Assembly (NCBI RefSeq): GCF_001194135.2
Contig: NC_068985.1
Coordinates: forward strand, 110,561,589-110,602,412
Direction of reading: 5' to 3'
Length of the DNA stretch: 40,824 nt
Origin: Octopus bimaculoides
Lineage: Eukaryota
Below, piece after piece: positions 35,142 to 40,824 of this stretch. Position 1 is the first letter of the stretch. Each line of letters opens with the position of its first letter. Both the position numbers and the translations under genes were made by a program. The notes below the pieces were generated by a model. That model saw only the letters and a program-made list of their open reading frames with translations. It did no database searches and was not told the DNA's origin.

Positions 35142-36004
35142 CTGTAAAGAGTTTTGAGCAGAAACCGGACAAAGAAGAATGAACATGCAATGCGAATGTA
35201 CGCACTGAGTTCGTAAAACGGAAGAGAAAAATAACAATGCAATGTAGAGAAGAATAAAAACGCAATGTCAAACAAATTATATGATGGTCTATATGCCACG
35301 TCTGACACAACTATCACGCAGCTTTGCTGCAGTCTTCTTCTTCATATAATTTTCCTCAGAACTGTCTAATCCGTCTCATTAACTTCCGCTAAAGAGCTTA
35401 GACAACAGAAAGCTGTTTACTGTTTTAAGAAGAGCAACGATAACATTACGTTGTGCATCTTTTTCACACTGTCCCTAGTTTCTCCAGTACTGTCCAAGCC
35501 AGACCAATTCTAGTTTCTATATCTTTCTTTTGTAATTTCCGCCACGGAGCCTAAATCATCAGGAGTTGAGTTCTTGTTAAAAAAAACCCTAGATCACCGG
35601 AAGTTGTGTCCTTGTTTAAGAGCAACAACAAATACGTTAGGTTTTTGCAGTATAATACAACAGAGGTCGGATTGAAAGGAGTGACATTGTGAATACAGAA
35701 TTTTGTAACGAGATAACGAACTTATTGTTGCAACACATTCATTCTCTCACAAGAGATTTAGCGCTAACGAAAGGAAACTGCACTTAATTTAGTGCAACGT
35801 GTTGCAACTTGAACCTGGCAATAATTGCTGCGAAGAAAACGAAGATGCAGATAAATGTTCTCACAGGCTGTTACAATATGCATCTCTAAGTTGCAATGAT
35901 GTCAGAAGGTCATAGTGTTATACACACTTCAATTTGCTTCTTAACACACAGATGTTTGCAACTATATGCACGATGGGAAATATGAGCGGTCAATGCAGAT
36001 TATT

Positions 36005-37010
36005 ATATGGTAGTGGATGGTGGTGGGAGTAGTGGTGGTGGTGGAGTGGTGGTGGTGGAGTGGAGGCGGTGATGATAATTATAAAAAGGTAGAAGTAGTA
36101 GTGGTAGTGTTAGTGGTGTTAATAGTAACAGTAATGGAGATAATAGTGGAACCAGGGTTGGTAATAATAATTGTAATGTTGTAATGGTTGTCGAGTTAGA
36201 GGAGGTGGAGTTGTGGTGGTGGTGGTGGGTGTTGTGGTGATGGAGGGGGTTGTGGTGATGGAAGGGGTTGTGGTGGCGGGGGGTTGTAGTGGAGGGGGTN
36301 NNNNNNNNNNNNNNNNNNNNNNNNNNNNNNNNNNNNNNNNNNNNNNNNNNNNNNNNNNNNNNNNNNNNNNNNNNNNNNNNNNNNNNNNNNNNNNNNNNNN
36401 NNNNNNNNNNNNNNNNNNNNNNNNNNNNNNNNNNNNNNNNNNNNNNNNNNNNNNNNNNNNNNNNNNNNNNNNNNNNNNNNNNNNNGTGGTGGAAGGGTTT
36501 CTGGTGGAGGACGGGGTTTTGGTGGTGTAGGGTAGTGGTAGGGGATGTTGTGGTGGAGATGGATGGGGTTGTGGTGGTGGAAGGATTCGGATTGTGGTGA
36601 TAGGAGGGGGTTATGGCGGTGAAGGTAGGGTCGTGGTGGTGGTGAGTTTAGGGTTGCGATGGAGAGAGCTGTGGCGGTTGAGGGGGTTGTGGTGGTGGTG
36701 GAGGAAGGGGCTGAGTTATCCAGAAGGTGGGGTCGTTGAGTGGGTTGTGGAGGTGATCGCGGCGGGGCCAATGTTAGTAATAGCTACTGCAATATTTTGG
36801 AAATGGTGTCAGCGGTGACATCGGATGTAGTGGGAGTGGTAGTGACGATTATGTTGTTGGTTGTGGTGGCGGTTGTAGTGTGCAAGGCAGTGATTGTAGT
36901 GGTGATTGTTATTGTGGATGGTGATGGTGATTGCTATGAGTGTGTTGGTAGACGTGTTGATGGTTGTGACGATGGTTTGGGTGGTGGTTATTGTAGTGCT
37001 TTTGATGGTA

Positions 37011-37051
<41 letters not shown>

Positions 37052-37310
37052 AGTTGTGGTGGCGATGATGATAATGATGATGATGATGATGATGGTGGTG
37101 GTGATGGTGGTGATGATGATGAGGAGGATGGTGATGATGATGATGATAGTTGTGGTGGCGATGATAATGATGATGATGATGATGATGGTGGTGGTGATGG
37201 TGGTGATGATGATGATGATGATGATGGTGGTGGTGATGGTGGTGATGGTGATGATGATGATGATGAGGAGGAGGAGGAGAAGGATGGTGACAAGGATGAT
37301 TATGATAAGG
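36005..37310. repeat. (GGT)n/G-run and (GAT)n low-complexity domain with internal higher-order duplications
   Basis: Direct reading; GATAGTTGTGGTGGCGATGAT…GATGGTGGTGGTGATGGTGGT recurs at ~37048 and ~37145. Confidence 0.9.
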
Positions 37311-37416
37311 ATGCTGATTTTATCTTTGACGAAAGCCCACAATAACTTACCTTCAACAGTGTATATATATGCATATATGTGTATATGTATATTATATATA
37401 TGTATGTATCTATCAG

Positions 37417-37455
<39 letters not shown>

Positions 37456-39894
37456 CCACAATCCACCCAAATGCACAATCGACGTTTACTGAATAAGGTT
37501 TTCGACATCTCTTCAAAATGAAGTGAGAAACAAAGATGAAATGTGAATGGCAGCTGATCCGGATCGAAATAAAACAAAACAAACCGATACGAAAAAAAAA
37601 AGCAACAAAAAAAAGAACAACAACCCCGAATTGAATATATGGACGGAAGTCGTTGATAGTAGTGCGAGAGGACAGTTAGTTGAAAATACACAGTATGCCT
37701 TTAATTTTCTACGAATTTAGTATGAATGATTCTCTAAGTGGCAATTGAGTAATAGGATTTTAGCAAAACGGGTAAGATTGTGATTCCCTACGTATATTTG
37801 AATAAAAGGGTATAGAAACTTCCTGAACTCCCAAATTTAATAAGCCAACGTGTTTGATTACTTCTGTTTGGATTTCTAAAGAAATGTGAATGAGGATAAC
37901 ATCTAGATTTAAAAGAATCTGAGACGTACTAATCTAAACATTAGCTATGTTTATACTGGTGACTGTCTATTAGTACACTATATATCTTTAACGAAACAGA
38001 TTCTAGAGAAATGTTACTGGTATCAGTGCAGTTACAAGGGCTTGGTTGTTGATATTTACGATCGAGGATTGAAACAGGAGTATTCTCCTGCTCCAAAGTA
38101 CGATAGAATGTTTTAGTAAAGATCTGGTGATATCTATAATGTAAAAGGAAATATTTTTCAAGGACTTAAATAAGATTTTAATTAATGACTTTTATGTCGA
38201 ATGTGGGGTAATGAATTAGTAATGTGTGTTTTCTGTATTTATTTCCACTGGGGCCAGTGGTAGGTGCTCCGTTGCTACAGATTTTCTCATCAGAGTTATT
38301 TCTAGCGTAAGTCTCATTAGAGTATTGGGATGCATTTCGGATGACCTGTACATTAGCTGAAAGCTGAGGCAGCTTGGGTGAGATGGCCGAAAGCAGCTTA
38401 TAAAATATATGCCTGGGGTGGTTGGAGTACCTACGGATGTAATTAGATGTTTCGTTAGGTTTGTGTTATGGATAATATAAGGAATTAGAGAGGTCGAAGG
38501 TGACTCCTACTAAACACTGTTACCATACAAACATACACGCACGCGCACATACGCTAGCACGCGCGTATGCGCATACACACGCATATATATATATATATAT
38601 ATATATATAAGATGGAGGGAAAGAGAAAGAAAGGTGAAAAGACGCGAGAGCGTGAAAGAGTTCGAAATGATATATAAATATGTGTATATGCCTGCGTATA
38701 CATACATCTCCTAAGTGTACTAATTGAATACAATATATAGACACATGTGTGTATATATATGTGTGTGTATGTGTGTGTGTGTGTGTGTGTATGTATAGGT
38801 GTGTGTGCGGGTGTATGTATGTGTATTTGTTTTCGGACGCATGTGTGTTGAATATGTTGATGTAGGTACCGCCCCAGCTATGATTGCATGAGTCAAAATA
38901 CGTTTTAATACGAATGCATACACACACACACAAACACACACACACATATAAAATATATATATAAATACAAACATACACGCACACATATATACATTATAAT
39001 ATATATACATGAATAATATATATATAATATATGTATATGCATACACACATACTAATATATATATGTATATGTATATATATNNNNNNNNNNNNNNNNNNNN
39101 NNNNNNNNNNNNNNNNNNNNNNNNNNNNNNNNNNNNNNNNNNNNNNNNNNNNNNNNNNNNNNNNNNNNNNNNNNNNNNNNNNNNNNNNNNNNNNNNNNNN
39201 NNNNNNNNNNNNNNNNNNNNNNNNNNNNNNNNNNNNNNNNNNNNNNNNNNNNNNNNNNNNNNNNNNNNNNNNNNNNNNNNNNNNNNNNNNNNNNNNNNNN
39301 NNNNNNNNNNNNNNNNNNNNNNNNNNNNNNNNNNNNNNNNNNNNNNNNNNNNNNNNNNNNNNNNNNNNNNNNNNNNNNNNNNNNNNNNNNNNNNNATATA
39401 TATATATATATATACATACATACATACATACATACATACACAAACATCCACACACGCGCACACATACTCTCTCTCTCTGTCTCACACACACACACATACA
39501 CACGCACATATCAACTCCATACATTGCGTGCGTTTAACGCTGCTCATTCCAGTTCCACATCCTATCCCTTTACTCCGCATACGCGTGTTCTAACCCCACT
39601 GACCCCCCACCCAGCATACAATCCAGAATAGGTAACATTACCTCATTCGATTCCTCCCCATCATCTTCCTCCTCCTTTCCTCTCTCTTACTCTCTCTCTA
39701 TCTCTCTCCGTTTCTCTCACTTTATGCCTTTGCTAATGCATTTGGTTCGCTGGTAAAAGCTAAACTTTAAAACATTCAGCTTCCATGTTGCCCGCTTCTC
39801 CTCCCACCTACACCATTCTTATCGGCGATGAAATGGTTGCCCCGCAGGCAAAGGGAGATTCATCAGTGGTGAACTGTATAATTAAACATCGACA

Positions 39895-40004
39895 ATGGCA
39901 GCAGTGTCAACAACAGCACGAACAACAACAGCAACAACAACAACAACAGGAAGGAAAACAGCAGCAGCAGCAACAACAACAACAGCAGCAACTGCAACAG
40001 CAGC

Positions 40005-40035
<31 letters not shown>

Positions 40036-40037
40036 CG

Positions 40038-40071
<34 letters not shown>

Positions 40072-40462
40072 CCACGAACAACAACAACAACAACAACAAC
40101 ACGAACAACAACAACAACAACAACACGAACAACAACAACACGAACAACAACAACAACAACAACACGAACAACAACAACAACAACAACAACAGCAACTGCA
40201 ACAGCAAAAGAAACAAGAGCAATAAGAGCAACAAGAATAATGACAATAGGAATAATAGCAGCAGCAGCAGCACCAACAGGAGCGAAGAGGTAAATGTTGC
40301 ACCACCAACAACAATAACTGCAACAGCTGTAAAGAAAGGAAATCGACAGCAGTAACGGTAAATAGTAGCAGTAACAACAACAGAAGCAGTAAAAAGGACT
40401 CAATAAAGGGTTAATAGAAGCAACAACAACGGCGACAACAACAATATCAAGAACATGGAACG

Positions 40463-40525
<63 letters not shown>

Positions 40526-40824
40526 AATTACTGCTACATCAACACAAATGCACCATCATAACAACCGTTGTAGTAACACCACCACCACCACCACCACAAC
40601 AACAACAACGACAACAGCATCAACAACAACAACAACAACACTACCGTCATTGTAACAGTAACAGTAGCAACAATACCGACATGTACCGCACTACCACCGC
40701 CACAATCCCAAGCACCGAAACCACCACAACAACCGCATCCACCACAACCAACACCACCACCACCACCACCACCATCACCACCACAACCACAATCACCACA
40801 ACCAACGCCACCACCACCACCAGC
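39895..40824. repeat. (CAA/CAG)n tract with interspersed CACGAA, followed by (CTA)n and (CAC)n
   Basis: Direct reading; produces the poly-Q, poly-T and poly-C ORFs. Confidence 0.95.

Noticed and set aside
36740-37345. Asp/Gly-rich 201-aa ORF resembling acidic matrix proteins
   Set aside because: It is a (GAT/GGT)n tract, equally open as poly-M, poly-S and poly-I in other frames.
7218-39395. Long ORFs in the track containing X runs
   Set aside because: They exist only because N gaps contain no stop codons.
39785-40225. 146-aa poly-Q ORF (MLPASPP…QQQHEQQQ…)
   Set aside because: It is a (CAA)n microsatellite open in several frames on both strands, with no recognisable domain or convincing splice context.

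Overview
This is repeat-dense eukaryotic genomic DNA from a draft scaffold with many N gaps. The SINE and repeat sequences and the microsatellite load point to an octopus genome; that identification comes from recalled repeat sequences, not a database search. No intact protein-coding gene, tRNA, rRNA or CRISPR array can be supported, and nearly all listed ORFs are microsatellite or gap artefacts. Non-microsatellite sequence is a graveyard of nested mobile elements: (1) at least four families of tRNA-derived SINEs, four copies with 13-15 bp target-site duplications; (2) R4/Dong-like non-LTR retrotransposon remnants (RT and restriction-like endonuclease) and an RTE LINE 3' end; (3) two mariner remnants, a DD37D/maT-like element nested in a Buster-type hAT remnant, MITEs, and a DINE-1/HINE-like non-autonomous Helentron. 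The most interesting signal is a ~170-200 bp dispersed repeat present five times, each copy carrying a degenerate minimal type-I hammerhead ribozyme motif of the kind found in Penelope-like elements and retrozymes. Other notable points are head/tail module swapping among SINEs, apparent (CATA)n association of the Dong-like LINE, two mariner remnants that share a 'transposase fragment + inverted 5-prime end' architecture, and a possible minus-strand host-gene exon. Two exact duplications across gaps are probably assembly artefacts.
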